From assembly GCF_001447785.1 (NCBI RefSeq), contig NW_015165240.1, positions 997,049-1,061,048 of the forward strand: a stretch of 64,000 bases of DNA, written 5' to 3'. Below the pieces are notes generated by a model. That model searched no databases, was not told the DNA's origin, and saw nothing but the letters and a program-made list of their open reading frames with translations. The translations under genes and the position numbers were made by a program. Numbering within the stretch: the stretch's first letter is position 1; the number at the start of each line of letters is the position of its first letter. Shown here one piece after another: positions 1 through 12,905 of the stretch. Source of the stretch: Gekko japonicus (taxonomy: Eukaryota).

Positions 1-966
1 CAGAAGTTCTAGGAATAAACTGATTAAGAGCATGTGTAGAGTGCCTTTAATTTGCCACAAATGATGTAATCCTTTATATGTTTAACAAGAAGTAAATCTT
101 ACATTCAATAGCAAATATTCTCAAGCAAGTGTGTATAAGGCTGAAGCCTGGATACGGTTTGGTTTTTGTTGGGGCAAGAAAATGTATATTGGGGAGGGTG
201 GGGCTGTGGCGAAGTAACACGGTTGGTACTGGGAATCGCTCCCGGATACCACCGGCTCTTTGTTTTAGAAGAGTTTTAGGGGGAACCCGAACTCCACTGG
301 GGCAAGGGACTTGATTCGCCCCCCTCCACTTGAGGCAACAAGCAGGTAGATGCCCTGGATCATCCCAGAAGCAAGCAATGAAGCAGAGCAGTGATGGCAG
401 CCATGACTGCACCAGCTGTGAATGCCCCAGAGTCAGGAGAGTTATATTGAGCCTCATCCATAACATCGATGAAGAAATGCACCATAAGTACCTGTAAAAG
501 CAACATCAAAGAAACTGATAACCTTTTGGTTAAGCCCCATTAAAGTTTTGAAAGGACAAGGAAACGAAGGGTGAAACTCCCCCCCCTTTCTCTGCGGAGT
601 GGCCAGGACAATTGATGAAAAGAAAGCCGATCTGAATACCACTTGGGGCAAAGAGGGTCTATTGTTTGAGCTTCTACAAAGCTTTTTTTAGAAAAAGAAA
701 GAAAAAGAGAGAGATTTCTAGAGTTGAATTCGATTCTCTTGTGGCAACTTTTTATGACGTCATGCTTCAGTGTTGAGAACGGAGGAGCTTATTATGTCTA
801 GAGCTGCAAAGCACGTAAATGGTGCTGAAAGTTTCTTGGTTGTTAATTCCTCTATGAGAGCCACTATCTGGTAAATGTGGTCAGTTTAGAGGACTCAATG
901 GACAAATAATTTGCAGAAACTGTGAATGTTGCTGGGCTGAACTGGGACCTTTGTTATTGCATTAAA

Positions 967-1497
967 ATGGGTGACCAGGACACACAGAAAAAAATGCTAG
1001 ATGATACTTGCTTAGACAGTCCCACAGAAACCAGCCTGCTGCAGTTGTCATGGGAGGAGTTTGAGATTTTAATTGTTGATGCAGTCAATCTGGGTGTCAA
1101 AGATGCTGTCAAGCCAATAGTGGACAAAAAAGGCACTACACCAAATCAAACTACAAGTAACATGAAGAAATTCCAGCACTAAACAGTGCAAGAAACACAA
1201 CAACACTACAAACAAACTGACCTAACCTATAGAGAAAAGGATCTTAAATATCAAAATGGGCAAGATGCGGGACAGCACTACAATCAAGCTGATTTAACCC
1301 ACAAAGAGGAACCCCTACAACAAAGTGGACAACATGCAGAACAGCACTACACTCAAGCTGATCCAATCAACATTGAGAATAACAGACCTACCAAAAGTTT
1401 GTCAAACTCTGGAACCCTCAAAGTGATAAAGGGGAAAATATTTCAGAGAGAAGATGCAACAGAATTTATGGAATCCTTAACTGCCCTAAAAATGTAA
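967..1497 (+). pseudogene. ORF of the 193-2379 retroposon, one in-frame stop at 1180-1182; internal QHYxQxDL repeats
   Basis: ORF-track entries 922-1182 and 1186-1497 share a frame. The stop falls in CAG CAC TAA where the repeat unit reads CAR CAC TAC. Three 23-24 aa repeats follow. Confidence 0.55.
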
Positions 1498-1538
1498 TAC
1501 AGATGGCGAGCTCTAAAAGAAATCCCTGTACTTATAAG

Positions 1539-1611
1539 NNNNNNNNNNNNNNNNNNNNNNNNNNNNNNNNNNNNNNNNNNNNNNNNNNNNNNNNNNNNNN
1601 NNNNNNNNNNN
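1539..1611. other. Assembly gap (N run)
   Basis: Run of n characters. Confidence 1.
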
Positions 1612-2810
1612 TATATATATATATAATGTTGTTATTAATTATAAGAGAATAAATTGGAAAAAAGGGATTATTTTATAGAATATTAATTAATGTGTATTTG
1701 ATTGGGATTGGATAGAGAAATATATTGAAAAGTTTTTTCTATTTATATAAGGCATATAATAGAAGATTGCATAGATAGTAAACTTATAAAGATATTAAGG
1801 ATTTAATTTGCTTTAAAAAAGGTGTTATATAAATGGGTTTAAGGATCCCATGAATTTCTGTAATTGGGGAAGAATGTATAGGGAATACATGTAATAAATG
1901 GGAAAGTAGGTCAAAATGTATAAGCAAAGTTGATATTAAGAATGCAGCTTGATATAAGAGGCAGGCTAGAAAATTTTCTTTTATTGATGTCAAAATACTT
2001 AGCATAAAATAGAATGAGAACAGTATCTGAGTATGGAGAATGGTATAAAATTTTGTTAATAGTTACTAAAATATAGAAGATTGTTGTAGAATGTTTGAAC
2101 AATGTTTAAGCAAAAGAAAACATGTCTTGTTCATCAATAGAGATGCAAATATTATATATCTTTGTGGTTATGTAACTTTAAGGTATATATATTTAAGTTA
2201 GATTTATAGAATAGGATAGTTAAAAATATGGATTACAAAATACAGACTTGCAAAATACTAGGTGATTATATGGTGGGAAAACTGGCATTTAGTTATAAAT
2301 GTATGAGGTGATAAGAGATATGATGATGTTATTACTACTCTCATGTATGTTTGTTTAAAATAATAAAAATTATATAAAAAAGAAAATTTATATTGGTAGG
2401 GGGGAAGCTCCAACCTTTTCCCTTAGTACATATTACATTCATCTACTGAGTTATTAAAGACATTGCCTTCTATAACATTTCTCCTTCAGCTTCTCAGAGC
2501 CTGAGAAAATACTGAAGGACAACATTTTTCCCCTCTCACGCTAAGAGGTAAGCTTCTATCTTAGTTCTGCAGCAGCAAGATTTCATTATAATATGTATAC
2601 TTATGTGATTTTCTCCAGGCTTTCTCTCTTACTAACAGCAACTAGCTACTTCCTGCTGTGTTTGAAGGAACATGGCTTACTGTCTTCAGTGAAATGGGCA
2701 TGTGTTGTTTTTTCTTTTTAAAAAAACCCACCTTGTATTAATTCTATTGTATAGGCCTGATTCTGAGTAAGTTTGAAACGTAGGATTTAACGAGACAGTA
2801 GTTCATTAGG

Positions 2811-3022
2811 CAGGGTTGCCAAATCAGTCTTCGCCGGGAGCGGGGAAGAGTTTTCCCTTGTATGGCCGTGGCCCCGCCCCCAGCGTGCCCGGCGTGCCCA
2901 CATCACTTCCTAGTGACGCGCACACCGGGGGCGGGGTTCCCCCAGGGCCCGATTCCGCTGCGGCGGAAATCAGGCCTCCAAAGCGGGGTTTCCCCACCCC
3001 CCGGGCCAATTTGGCAGCCCTA
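2811..3022. mobile_element. hAT-type MITE, CpG-rich (young)
   Basis: TIRs cagggttgcca / tggcagcccta; perfect 8-bp TSD tcattagg (2803-2810, 3023-3030). Confidence 0.85.
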
Positions 3023-3639
3023 TCATTAGGTTTTGGTAGCCACTGCCATCTGAGAGAGTCCCGATTGGGAAACATTGACAGGCCTCAAAGATGGATTCTT
3101 CTTTATCCATTGACCAACTGGGGCTTTAGATGAAACCACATGATGTCTAGCTTTGCCCAATGAACTACAGGATGGGCCTACTTAAGCGGCGCGGGGGAGG
3201 GGAGCCCTCTGCCCTGTAAGGAGGGACTTGCTTGACTGAGCAAAAACAAAATGACTGACTACATAGCTTGCAGCCGGCTAAATACTGCCCCAAGTAGTCT
3301 GGTAAGGCAGGCTGGAGGGCAACCTTATTTGGTGGAGTACCATTTGCCCCAATGGACTAGCCTACACTAGTTGCAGTCTTCTACTTACCAGCGATAGTTA
3401 TGCTCTATTAATGACCTGAAGGCTAAACAGCAGTGCTTCAGAGCTTGGATGCTGCTGCCACATGCACATGGGAAACTGAATTTCCCTCTTCACTATGTAT
3501 GGATAATAGCATCCTGAGTCCCAAACATCACTTGGGGTCTTTAAAGCTCTGACTGAACCTTTCTAGCCATGTCTAGCAGGAAGACAAGGAACAAGAAGGG
3601 CCCAGTGTATTGCCTAAAGGTTACAGACAGCTCTCCAGG

Positions 3640-3995
3640 AGTCTCTCCACAAATTGGGTAAGTGGGCAGCAATGTGGCAGATGAAGTTCAATGCTGGTAA
3701 ATGTAAGGAGATTGAAAAGAATTTGAGGTTGTAGTGAATAGCTCAATGGAAGTGTCAACCCAGTATGTTGCAGTAGTGAAAAAGGCAAGCTTTATGTTGG
3801 GAATTATTAGGAAAGGGATTGAAAATAAAATGACTAATATTATAGTGTCCCGGTATAGATCTATGCTGAGGCCTCATTTGGAATACTGTGTGTAGTTCTG
3901 GTTACCTCAAAAAGGACGCTGCAGACCTGGAAAAAGTATAGAAGATGGCAACCAAGATTATTAGGGGTTGGAGAACCTTACTTATGAGGAGCAGA
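3640..3995 (+). mobile_element. CR1 LINE ORF2 fragment
   Basis: Decayed KWAAMWQMKFN..KCK and RPHLEYCV*FW motifs typical of the CR1 RT C-terminal region. Confidence 0.8.
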
Positions 3996-4645
3996 TGAAC
4001 AGGGCCCTGATCTCAAGTGGGATCATGTTCCATCAGGCTAAATGGACATCTTTCAGTCTGGGGACTAGCAGGTGTTGTTTGGCTGAGCGAAAAGCTCTTC
4101 AGGGCACATATGGGGAGAGCTGGTCCCATAGGTATGTTGGTTCCTGGCCTCATAGGGTGTTGAAGGCCATTACCATGACCTTGAACTGGATCTGGTACTC
4201 AATTGACAGTCAGCACAATTCTCGCAACACCAGATGAATGTGTGCCCACACAGACACCGCAGTCAGCAGATGTGCCACTGCATTTTGTACTAGCTGCAGT
4301 TTCTGGGTCAGGTTCCAGGGCAGCCCTGTGTAGAGTGAGTTACAGTAATCTAGCCTGGAAGTCATCATCTGTGTGGATCACTGTAGCCAAGTCCCAGGAG
4401 CTGAGATAGGGAGTCAGTTGCCTGACCAGCCGCAGATGATAAAAAGCTGATCTGGCAAGAGTGGTGACCTCAGCCTCCATGGGAAATGAGGCATCCAGGA
4501 TCACCTCTAGGCTCTTCACCCTTGGCGCCGATGTTAGTGGCACCCAAGCAAGGGTTGGGAGATGGATTCCAAAATATCTGAGGTGGAGTCTGGGTGGCTG
4601 TTCATCAGAAGATAGAGCTGGGTATCATCAGCATACTGATAACAG
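3996..4645 (-). mobile_element. L2-clade LINE ORF2 fragment
   Basis: ORF 4340-4543 (VKSLEVILDASFPMEAEVTTLARSAFYHLRLVRQLTPYLS) is a typical L2 post-RT segment; YADD-like QYADDTQLY near 4615-4640. Confidence 0.8.
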
Positions 4646-5428
4646 CATACTTTAAAAGCATACTGATACAGCCTACTTTAAAAGTATAGGTGGAATTTTG
4701 ATTTAAGAAAAGTTGAAAGTTGTTGGGATGAAGCAGCATGTCCTATTTTTAGCTGAAAGAATTAAGCTGAATGCATTTTAACTTTGACTTAAACATTTTA
4801 ATAACAACATTCCAAGCCTCTAAATATGTATATCTGTTTCAACCCATGAGAAGGTAGCATTTGCAGCAAAGCCCTCTTGTTATATATAGCTGGCCACCAT
4901 GCTGCATAACTTGGTGGGGCTCACATGTTTTCCGTACAATCCCTTGCAGGAAGTGTAAAAAATTTGCATCTGACCTTATTTCCAAAAATATAAATGCAGC
5001 AAATTATGCACAGCTCAAAGACAAATGTCACTCGGAAGGGCAAGGCACCCTAGTAACAGGCTGATATAGCATGGGCTTCACTATGAAATTCTCTTCTGAC
5101 TCTCAAAACAGCTCACAGGGTTATACAGTGGTGGCAGGCTACAGCTATCAGCAGAATACCAATGGTGCATAATGAGAAAAAGCAGATTGCCCACATTACC
5201 ACTGCTTTGATGCAATATTTAAAAATGATGTGAACTGTAACAAAACTTGCAACATGTTTTTATCTAACTTACATTATGCAAACATGAAAAGAACTTTTTT
5301 TCTTTTTACTTAAGTCACTTTTTAAACTTTAGGCACATAATTCAGAATACTGGGTTTTCTTGTACCGTATTGTGGAGTTAATGCTGCTAATGGGGATAGC
5401 TCCATAATGAGAAAAATTGGGACTCATA

Positions 5429-5519
5429 GGGAATAATCTTAAGCAAGTCTACTAAAAAGTAAGTCCCATCCTATTCAATGGGGCTTACTCCCAGGAAAAT
5501 GTCCTTAGGATTGCTGCCC
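5429..5519. mobile_element. Small palindromic MITE
   Basis: Imperfect inverted ends (gggaataatcttaag / cttaggattgctgccc) and an internal agtaagtccca / tggggcttact hairpin. Confidence 0.55.
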
Positions 5520-5890
5520 TAGTCAGCTAGAGAACAGACTACACATAGGCTCTGTTCATGCAACTCTCTATACCAGGGTCTGGGAGACTAGAAATCTGTT
5601 TGGGCCACACAGGCTCCAAGTTGCTCTAACTATAGGTTCCATGACCCCTGAGCTATAGTTATCACACCACACTACTGGACATTAGCACCAAACACAGTTT
5701 GCCCAGCTCAGATACAGTGATTGGAGCAATCTAAAAATGGACAGAGGGATTGGCCTGCAAGAGGCATGAGGCAGAATGGAAAAAAAAACATCACAGCCAT
5801 CAGCATATTCCTCATACTGAAAAAACAAAACAAAACATGGTTTGGAACACTGTCTTAAGTAAGCTTCAAGTCATTTCTGAGGAAAGGGCA

Positions 5891-6015
5891 ATTTATTTAT
5901 TTTTATTTATTTCAGCTTACTACCCCGCTCTAACCCCCTAAGGGGTCTCTGCGTGGCTACAGTTACTCATTTATCCCTAACCTATGGCCACAATTATTAG
6001 GGGTGGGGGCAAGGA
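5891..6015 (-). repeat. Short retroposon 3' end with (TAAA)n tail; second copy at 18261-18400
   Basis: Near-identical cttactaccccgctctaa...ggctacagttac..cattatccctaacctatggccaca in both places, with (ttta)n on the + strand. Confidence 0.7.
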
Positions 6016-6469
6016 TCTATAAATTAATTTGCCATGGTGGAAATCCCTTCCGCCTTTGACAGCAATGTTTCCCTTGTCCCCAATTTCCCAGTGTTTCAGA
6101 AGCACTCCATCTTGGAAACACAAAGTCAAAGAGAAGACCCAATCCCTCTTCTGAACCTGGAAGTCAATGAAGAGGAAAAGCTGATCTCTGACTTTGTACA
6201 GTGCTTTGAAGGTATGCTGAAATTCAGTGCAAAGTCACAAAGACCCTGTTCCACCCCCAAATCTTCTGTGCATGCAAAGTGACTGGTGAATAAAAACCCA
6301 AGCCCAACCAAATTTGAGAACCTCTAAAACCAACTCCCCTTTATAAAATGTATTACAAAGAAACAGATCATTGAGAGAAATGAAGAGGCATAGTATTCAA
6401 AATAATATAGAAATATCTTTGGGTGTTGATTCACCCAGAATAGTGAGCATCTATCCTAGAACCAGTAAA

Positions 6470-6825
6470 TAGGGATGGCATGAACTAGCTCATGAAAGAA
6501 AGTTTGTGATTAATTTTGGCTGCTTTATGGTTTGCGAACTGAAGTTTGTGGCAGGTCAATCATTACAAACTTTCCACGAACTTTTAAGCTGCTCATGGTG
6601 GTTCGTAGCAGTTTGTGAATGGATACATTTCCAGACAGATTGTTTCTGCTAAAATAAAAAAAGTTTACTAAACTTCAAAGCAACAATTTCCCAAAGCAAC
6701 TTCAAAGCAACAGGTCCGTTGTGTGTTTGGTGTGTGTAGCTTGCACTTTTGAACCTGCCTCTGATATTTCCCCAAAAATCACTTTCCTGGGGGCATCTTC
6801 TTTGGGGGAGCCATCACTCAGACCT
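6470..6825. mobile_element. Terminal part of a decayed hAT-like element
   Basis: Begins tagggatggc with cgaac/gttcg-type subterminal motifs, matching the opposite-end motif at 60580-60688. Confidence 0.4.
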
Positions 6826-6827
6826 CC

Positions 6828-7202
6828 TTAGTCCAATCTGCACATAGCTTGGAGGGCATGTAGAGGAGCATCAGGGGAGGTCCGCTGCAAGTTTGGTGTC
6901 TCTTGCTTGCACAAGGTCTGTTCTGTACACCCATGAATCTCCTGAATGTGCACCCAAACCAAAAACCCAGGAGGAGCCAACTGGGAAAGAGCTACTGTTT
7001 CCCCTTCTTGCACCCAGGTTTCAGTCATGCACACCAGGTCTACTTTCTGCTTGCGCAGAAAGTCCCAAAGTCCCAAAGGAAAGTCCCAAAGGACCATGGT
7101 CTTATTATTTATAGACCTGGCATTACACAATACCAGTGTCAGAGGGGGGTTATTTCTCCTAGCCCCACTGCCAGCAGATGCACCTAGACTCAGTTTTGGC
7201 AC
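6828..7202 (-). mobile_element. L2/CR1-clade LINE endonuclease (ORF2 N-terminus) fragment
   Basis: LVLCNARSINNK...DLVCMTETW are APE endonuclease motifs I and II. Confidence 0.8.
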
Positions 7203-8297
7203 TCAGTTTTGGGTTGTATAATTATTAAAGATTCTATTTCCCACTGCACTAATTTGTTTCTTCACCTTTGTTTTGCCTTGGTGTGGCCCCCTTTTTCATA
7301 ACTCTTCTTCTCACCCAAATGATCAGCCTAATGATGCAGCCTTGAGATAGTCTTCACAGCAACTACATACACAATTTGTTTGGTGGGAAGTCCAAAACAC
7401 ACTACTCCATTTTAAAAAAACAGTAAAGACATTCTTGTAGCTAACCATTATAAAAAAGCAGGAGCATAACCAACATCAGAGATCAATTTCTGTATTTGCA
7501 TAGATTTCATGTATAACCCCCAAATCATGAATTGGTAGAAAATAAACAGTGCAAAAAAAGCAAGCCATTTTATGACGGGTCTAATGATATGCCTTACTGT
7601 TTGCTTTATCTTTAAAACTTATTTGTCTTGACCTCAAAATTATCTGGATTAGAATCTGAGCTTCCTTTGATGTTCAAACTAATTTAGCAATGCATGAAAT
7701 ATTTCTCATCTGCCACAGAATGTAGATACTTAAAAGCTCAAGTAAAGAAAGGAGATAAGCAGCTATGATTACACAATATAATCACACTGGATCATGGTGA
7801 TGTGTTACATTAAAGGGTTTCTGGAATCTTTAAATGCATTCAAAACTAAGACATTGCCAAAAAGGAAAAAAAGAGGAAATGTAGAATAACTGGTAGAACA
7901 GTCAGACACTCTAGACAGAAAGTAGCCAAGTACAGCAATAAATCATGCAACCTATACGACTGACACAGTGACTTGATCAGGGAAAATGAATTGCCATGTC
8001 CTGAGTGCAAAATATAATAAACCAAAGTGCCAAGAAATAGTCATATCTGCCCATAATAATTTGGAGTTGAAATATAATCAGAAGCAATATACATCGCCAA
8101 CAACATGAAGTTAAATTACCCATCATATAGATGAGTAATACAGCTACGCAGAAGCGAATACTTGCTGAGATGAGTTTGGACAACTACAGCAGATGCCCTG
8201 CTCTTACAATTTGATGCTCGTCATTGCAGAAAAGTAAATTCATTTGAGGGGAAACAGGAAAAGTGGCTTGTACTGTAGCTCACAAGATGTGCTTCTT

Positions 8298-8545
8298 AGC
8301 CCTGACCTGGATAGCCCAGGCAAGCCCGATCTTGTCAGATCTCAGAAGCTAAGCAAGGTCAACTCTGGCAAGTACTTGGATGGGAGTTCTCCTTGAAATA
8401 CCAAAGGTGAGAGGCAGGAGCAGGTTTTATTCAGCCACCTCTCTGAATATCCTCCAGTCCCCTAGTATGGGTCAGTCACCAGAGGTCACCATGACTTCCA
8501 GGTGCACACACACTCACACATGTACACACATACTCACATATGCAC
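8298..8545 (+). mobile_element. 5S rRNA-derived SINE with (CA)n tail
   Basis: gcccgatcttgtcagatctcagaagctaagcaagg...agtacttggatgggag matches 5S rRNA (box A/C region), followed by a non-5S body. Confidence 0.75.
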
Positions 8546-8547
8546 AT

Positions 8548-8823
8548 TTTGGTGTAGTGGTTAAGTGTGCGGACTCTAATCTGGGAGAACCCGGTTTGAT
8601 TCCCCACTCCTCCACTTGCACCTAGCTGGATGACCTTGGGCAAGCCGTAGCTCTGATAAGAGCTGTTCTTGAAAAAGAGCAGTTTCTGTCAGAGCTCTCT
8701 CAGCCTCACCTACTTCACAGGGGGTCTGGTGTGAGGAGGGGGAGGGAAAAGAATTTGTAAGCCGCTCTGAGACTCCTTTGGGTAATGAAGGGCGGGGTAT
8801 AAATCCACTCTCTTATCTTCTTC
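8548..8823 (+). mobile_element. tRNA-derived SINE (Squam3-like)
   Basis: A-box tggtgtagtggttaag, B-box-like ggtttgattccc, (ctt)n tail; copies at 28365-28650 and 61430-61699. Confidence 0.8.
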
Positions 8824-9829
8824 ATATAATAATATTTTAAAAACACTATATATATATAGTGTTAGTTAAGTAGCAATGATGTGATCAAGCAAACACAAGG
8901 TGAATGGTTCTCTAGAGGCCAGGCACAAGGTAATGGTCGGTAAAACACTGCATATTTGCTATATCATTTTGCATAGCCAGTAAATATTTTGATTCAAGAC
9001 TGCATAGGATCCTAAACTGGCAATCTGGAAAATGCTGGTGGGGATTTTTTCTATGTACCACCAACCACTCTGGCAAAAGGAAGAAACTTCACAATGACCA
9101 GCCATGAAGGCATAGAAGCCTCGTTATAAATATTTCAGAGCACGTCATGTCATACTGCCTGATCCCCATAAGGGCTTTTGGGTCAAGCATGTTTAGTGAT
9201 CTGGATAACTAACTATGGGTTGCCTCTCCCGTTTTCCTACTTTCTCTTCCTTTCCATGCTAAACTTAATGGCTGTGCTCCAAATGTCCTCATTTTTTGCT
9301 GCCAATGCAACAAACAAGCAACAGACATCCTACACATTTGCTATTGCAGACAAACATCCTAAAGGTAGCATGCTTCAAATCATCCTTGGATTTGCAAAAG
9401 AAAAAAGGCATATCCCTCTGCAAGAAGATATGCAATTAAGCAAATTATGCATGTGAATGCAACAATGACTCAGATCTGTATTACACTATTTAGAAAAAAT
9501 GTCACTGCATTTGAGTGGGAAAGCATTATCTACAATTCATACTGTTGAAGATAAATAATATACAGGCAGTGCACAACAATAATTTGGATTTGAATTGTGA
9601 AAAAGCATATTCTCTTTTACACATAATTGCTCAAACAGTTACACACAATAGAGGTCATGATCTTTCCACAATTCATATGCTGTCCCAAACATGTGCTACA
9701 AACCAATGGCTAAGTGAAAATATTAATAGGAAACAGAGGGTTCTGAATTTATTTCTAATGCTATTTCTGGATTTTTGGTGCTCCTAATTAGCTGATTTTG
9801 CTTCTGAGGTGGTATTGATATTTCAAGTA

Positions 9830-10460
9830 AACAAACAAGCACTGTATAAATAACGCAGACCATGGAGTGCACAAAGGTCACGCAAAGGAAAATTATATCG
9901 TAACAAAGGCAAAACTAATAACAATAACAAGGGACCACATATATCAGGAAAGCAAGATTCCATCATAAAATTTGCAAGTCCATATATAGTATACATAAGT
10001 TCACAGGTAGTTTCACAAGTAGTGAACTTATACTAGTGACCACATATATCAGTAAAGCAAGATTACATCATAAGATGTGCAAGTCCATATATAGAATACG
10101 TAAGTTATACATTAATTAATACATTAGTTTTGCTTTTGTTACAATTTAATTTTCCTTTCCATGACCTTTGTGCACTCTATGGTCTGCGTTATTTATACAG
10201 TGCTTGTTTGTTTACTGTACTCAGTGTACTGTGTTTATTGTTTTGGTATTGATATTTCTTCATTGCTTCTTATTTCCAAATACCATACACACTACTATGA
10301 ATACAGTTTGTCAGAGCTCTCAGTTTCTGTAGTAGATCGTTTGTTTCCCTCCTTTGTGTTACTGATGCACATGTCTGTATTCGTAATACACTGCAAATAA
10401 GCAGTCTGATGTGAATGTTTACATGGTTGCATTATTTTTACATAGTGTTTTACCTAGAAC
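9830..10460. repeat. Penelope-like remnant: ~90-bp inverted repeat enclosing a ~70-bp direct duplication
   Basis: 9830-9920 is the reverse complement of 10123-10213; the gaccacatatatcag...taagtt unit occurs at 9933 and 10039. Confidence 0.55.
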
Positions 10461-10496
10461 ACCAGCACTACCTCTGAATGCAAGCATGAGGAACAG

Positions 10497-11480
10497 TCAT
10501 AAGAACATAAGAACGTAATAGATGCCAATGTTGGATCAGGCCAAAGGCCCATCCAGTCCAACACTCTGTCACACAGTGGCCAAAAATACCAGGTGCCAAC
10601 ATTAGAAGCCCTCCCACTGTTGACCCCCCCAAGCACCAAGAAGACAGAGCATCACTTGCCCCAGAGTCCCTATCTATACCTTGTGGCTAATAGCCACTGA
10701 TGGACCTCTGCTCCATATGCTTATCTAATTCCCTTTTGAAGCCATCCATGCTTGTAGCCGCCACCACTTCCTGTGGCAGTGAATTCCATGTGTTAATCAC
10801 TCTTTGGATGAAGAAGTACTTCCTTTTATCCGTTCTAACCCGACCACTCAGCAATTTCATGGAGTGCCCACGAGTTCTTGTATTGTGAGAAAGGGAGAAA
10901 AGTACCTCTTTCTCTACCTGCTCTATCCCATGCATAATCTTATAGACCTCAATCATGTCACCCCTCAGTCGTCGTTTCTCCAAGCTAAAGTGCCCTAAGC
11001 GCTTTAACCTTTCCTCATAGGGAAAGTGTTCCAACCCTTTTATCATTCGAGTTGCCCTTTTCTGCACTTTTTCCCCAATATTCTTTTTGAGGTGTGGTGA
11101 CCAGAACTGCACACAGTATTCCAAATGAAGTTGCACCATTGATTTATATAGCGGCATTATGATATTGGCTGATCTGTTTTCAATACTCTTCCTAATAATC
11201 CCCAGCATAGCATTGGCCCTTTTTTTATTGCAGTCACACACTGTCTCGACATTTTCAGTGAGTTATCTACTACGACTCCAAGATCTCTCTCTTGGTCAGT
11301 CTCTGCCAGTTCAGATCCCATCAATGTGTATTTATATTTAGGGTTTTTTGGCTCCAATGTGCATCACCTTGCACTTGGCCACATTGAACCCCATTTGCCA
11401 TGTTGACGCCCACTTGCCCATGCTTGACAGATCCCTTTGGAGTGCCTCACAATCCTCACTGGTTTTCACCACCCTGAACA
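10497..11480 (-). mobile_element. CR1 LINE 3' portion
   Basis: ORFs 10687-11241 ([14 protein letters not shown]...RRLRGDMIEVYKI...WNSLP) and 11157-11357; (TTCTTATG)n-type tail at 10497-10514. Confidence 0.95.
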
Positions 11481-11546
11481 TATACAAACTACACAATGGG
11501 CATCTACAACATACATGAATGTGATTTGCATGTTTACCTCCTGGAT

Positions 11547-11974
11547 CGGGGTGGCCAAACTTGCTTAACATAAGCTCCACATAGAATAAACATCAGATGT
11601 TTGAGAGCCACAAGACATGAACAAATATTACATGTTTTTATTGAAAAATCTGCAAATTTGCTTGTTATTAACATTAAATGAGACTGCCAAAAATAAAAAC
11701 AAATGGGGTTAAAAACAGATATTGATAATGATATTTATCTAATGATATTTGTAGGCATGGGGGGGCCTCTGAGAATGCATTTAAAGTTATTTGCTTTCTT
11801 TCTCTGCTCCCTCCCACCTCAAGCCTACCCAGGGAGGGGAACACTGGCTGGGGAAGGGAAGACCGACCAGGGAGGCATGCCTTCCCTTCGCTTCCCCAAC
11901 CACCCTGCCAGGAGCCGCAAAATATGTGTGAAAGAGCCGCATGTGGCTCCCAAGCCGCAGTTTGGCCACCCCTG
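11547..11974. mobile_element. hAT non-autonomous element
   Basis: TIRs cggggtggccaaact / agtttggccacccctg; degenerate 8-bp TSD tcctggat / tcttagat. Confidence 0.75.
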
Positions 11975-12483
11975 TCTTAGATGGTCACCATCTTTCTCAC
12001 TGAGATACATTTCAGTTTCTAGAAATATCTAGACTATGCAGTAGATTTTCAAACTTTTATCCATGTCCATAAGAGCTAGAAACTGGTTATCTTAAAATGA
12101 ACCCTAAAATTGTGCGGATGACTAAGACCGTGGTCACAGGGTCATTTTGATCAGGTTTCACTGCTGTTCTCTCTCACATTTAAAATTGCTGAGGCAGATG
12201 CCACATCTGCCTCCCACACCAAAGTGGACTCAGTCACGCAAACCTCCACGGTTCCCTAGCAAATTTTCCGACACCGGGAAAATCAAGTACTTTCTGGGTA
12301 TTTGTGCTTTGAATCTGCAATTTTGGTGATCTGGACAGCCATCTCTTGCACAATGATTGCAATTAGGTCATCTGACCATCCTTCATGCAATGAGGTCCCC
12401 CCCCCCAGCTTCCTCCTTTGAGCGCATGAGCAATCCTGCACTGAAGAAATTCAATATTTAAATGTTCAAGTGCATATATAGCT

Positions 12484-12905
12484 GTGGCATTAGGAGGGAG
12501 GGAGCACCCGGTGCCGGGGAGCGTGCTCAGCTTGCCAGCAGCGTCAGGCTGGGGCTGGTTCCATTGTTTGGAGATGGGCAGCAGAACGGCGGCGCAGAAA
12601 GTTGATCAGGGGGGAAGGCGGGCAGAGAAGGAAGGGCTGGGCAGTGGCTGGCAGGTGGGTGAGCGGGCGACAGAGAGACATGGTGGAGAGAGATACAGGG
12701 GCTGGCTGCATTCTGCCTGCCTGGTGGACTGGGGGTGCAGCACCATGGAGCCCAAGCACAAGGAGCTGTTTGCCCAGTGCCACCAGAGCCTGGTGCAGTC
12801 CATGACAGAGGTGGACCAGGTGGTTGAGCTGCTGGAGGCAGCCAGCGCCCTGGGGCCTCACGACCTGCACCAGCTGCAAAACACTGGTTTGGCAGAGGAA
12901 CTGTT
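12484..12905 (+). pseudogene. DLG5: Orphan fragment of DLG5 exon 1 (GC-rich 5' UTR plus N-terminal CARD-like helices, ATG at 12745)
   Basis: MEPKHKELFAQCHQSLVQSMTEVDQVVELLEAASALGP aligns with the recalled human DLG5 N-terminus MEPQRRELLAQCQQSLAQAMTEVEAVLGLLEAAGALSP. Kozak caccATGG. Similarity is lost after ~50 codons. Confidence 0.75.

Larger units (their letters stand above)
193..2379 (+). mobile_element. Non-autonomous, L1-type (TPRT) retroposon carrying a short charged ORF; contains an assembly gap
   Basis: 17-bp direct repeat aagaaaat(g/t)tatattgg at 176-192 and 2380-2396. G-rich 5' start, and AATAAA plus A-rich tail just before the 3' repeat. No RT motif in the visible sequence. Confidence 0.7.

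Noticed and set aside
8298-8405. 5S rRNA gene
   Set aside because: Diverged, lacks proper 5S ends and the T-run terminator, and continues into a SINE body.
8548-8620. tRNA gene (also ~28370 and ~61432)
   Set aside because: These are heads of a repeated SINE; no complete cloverleaf.
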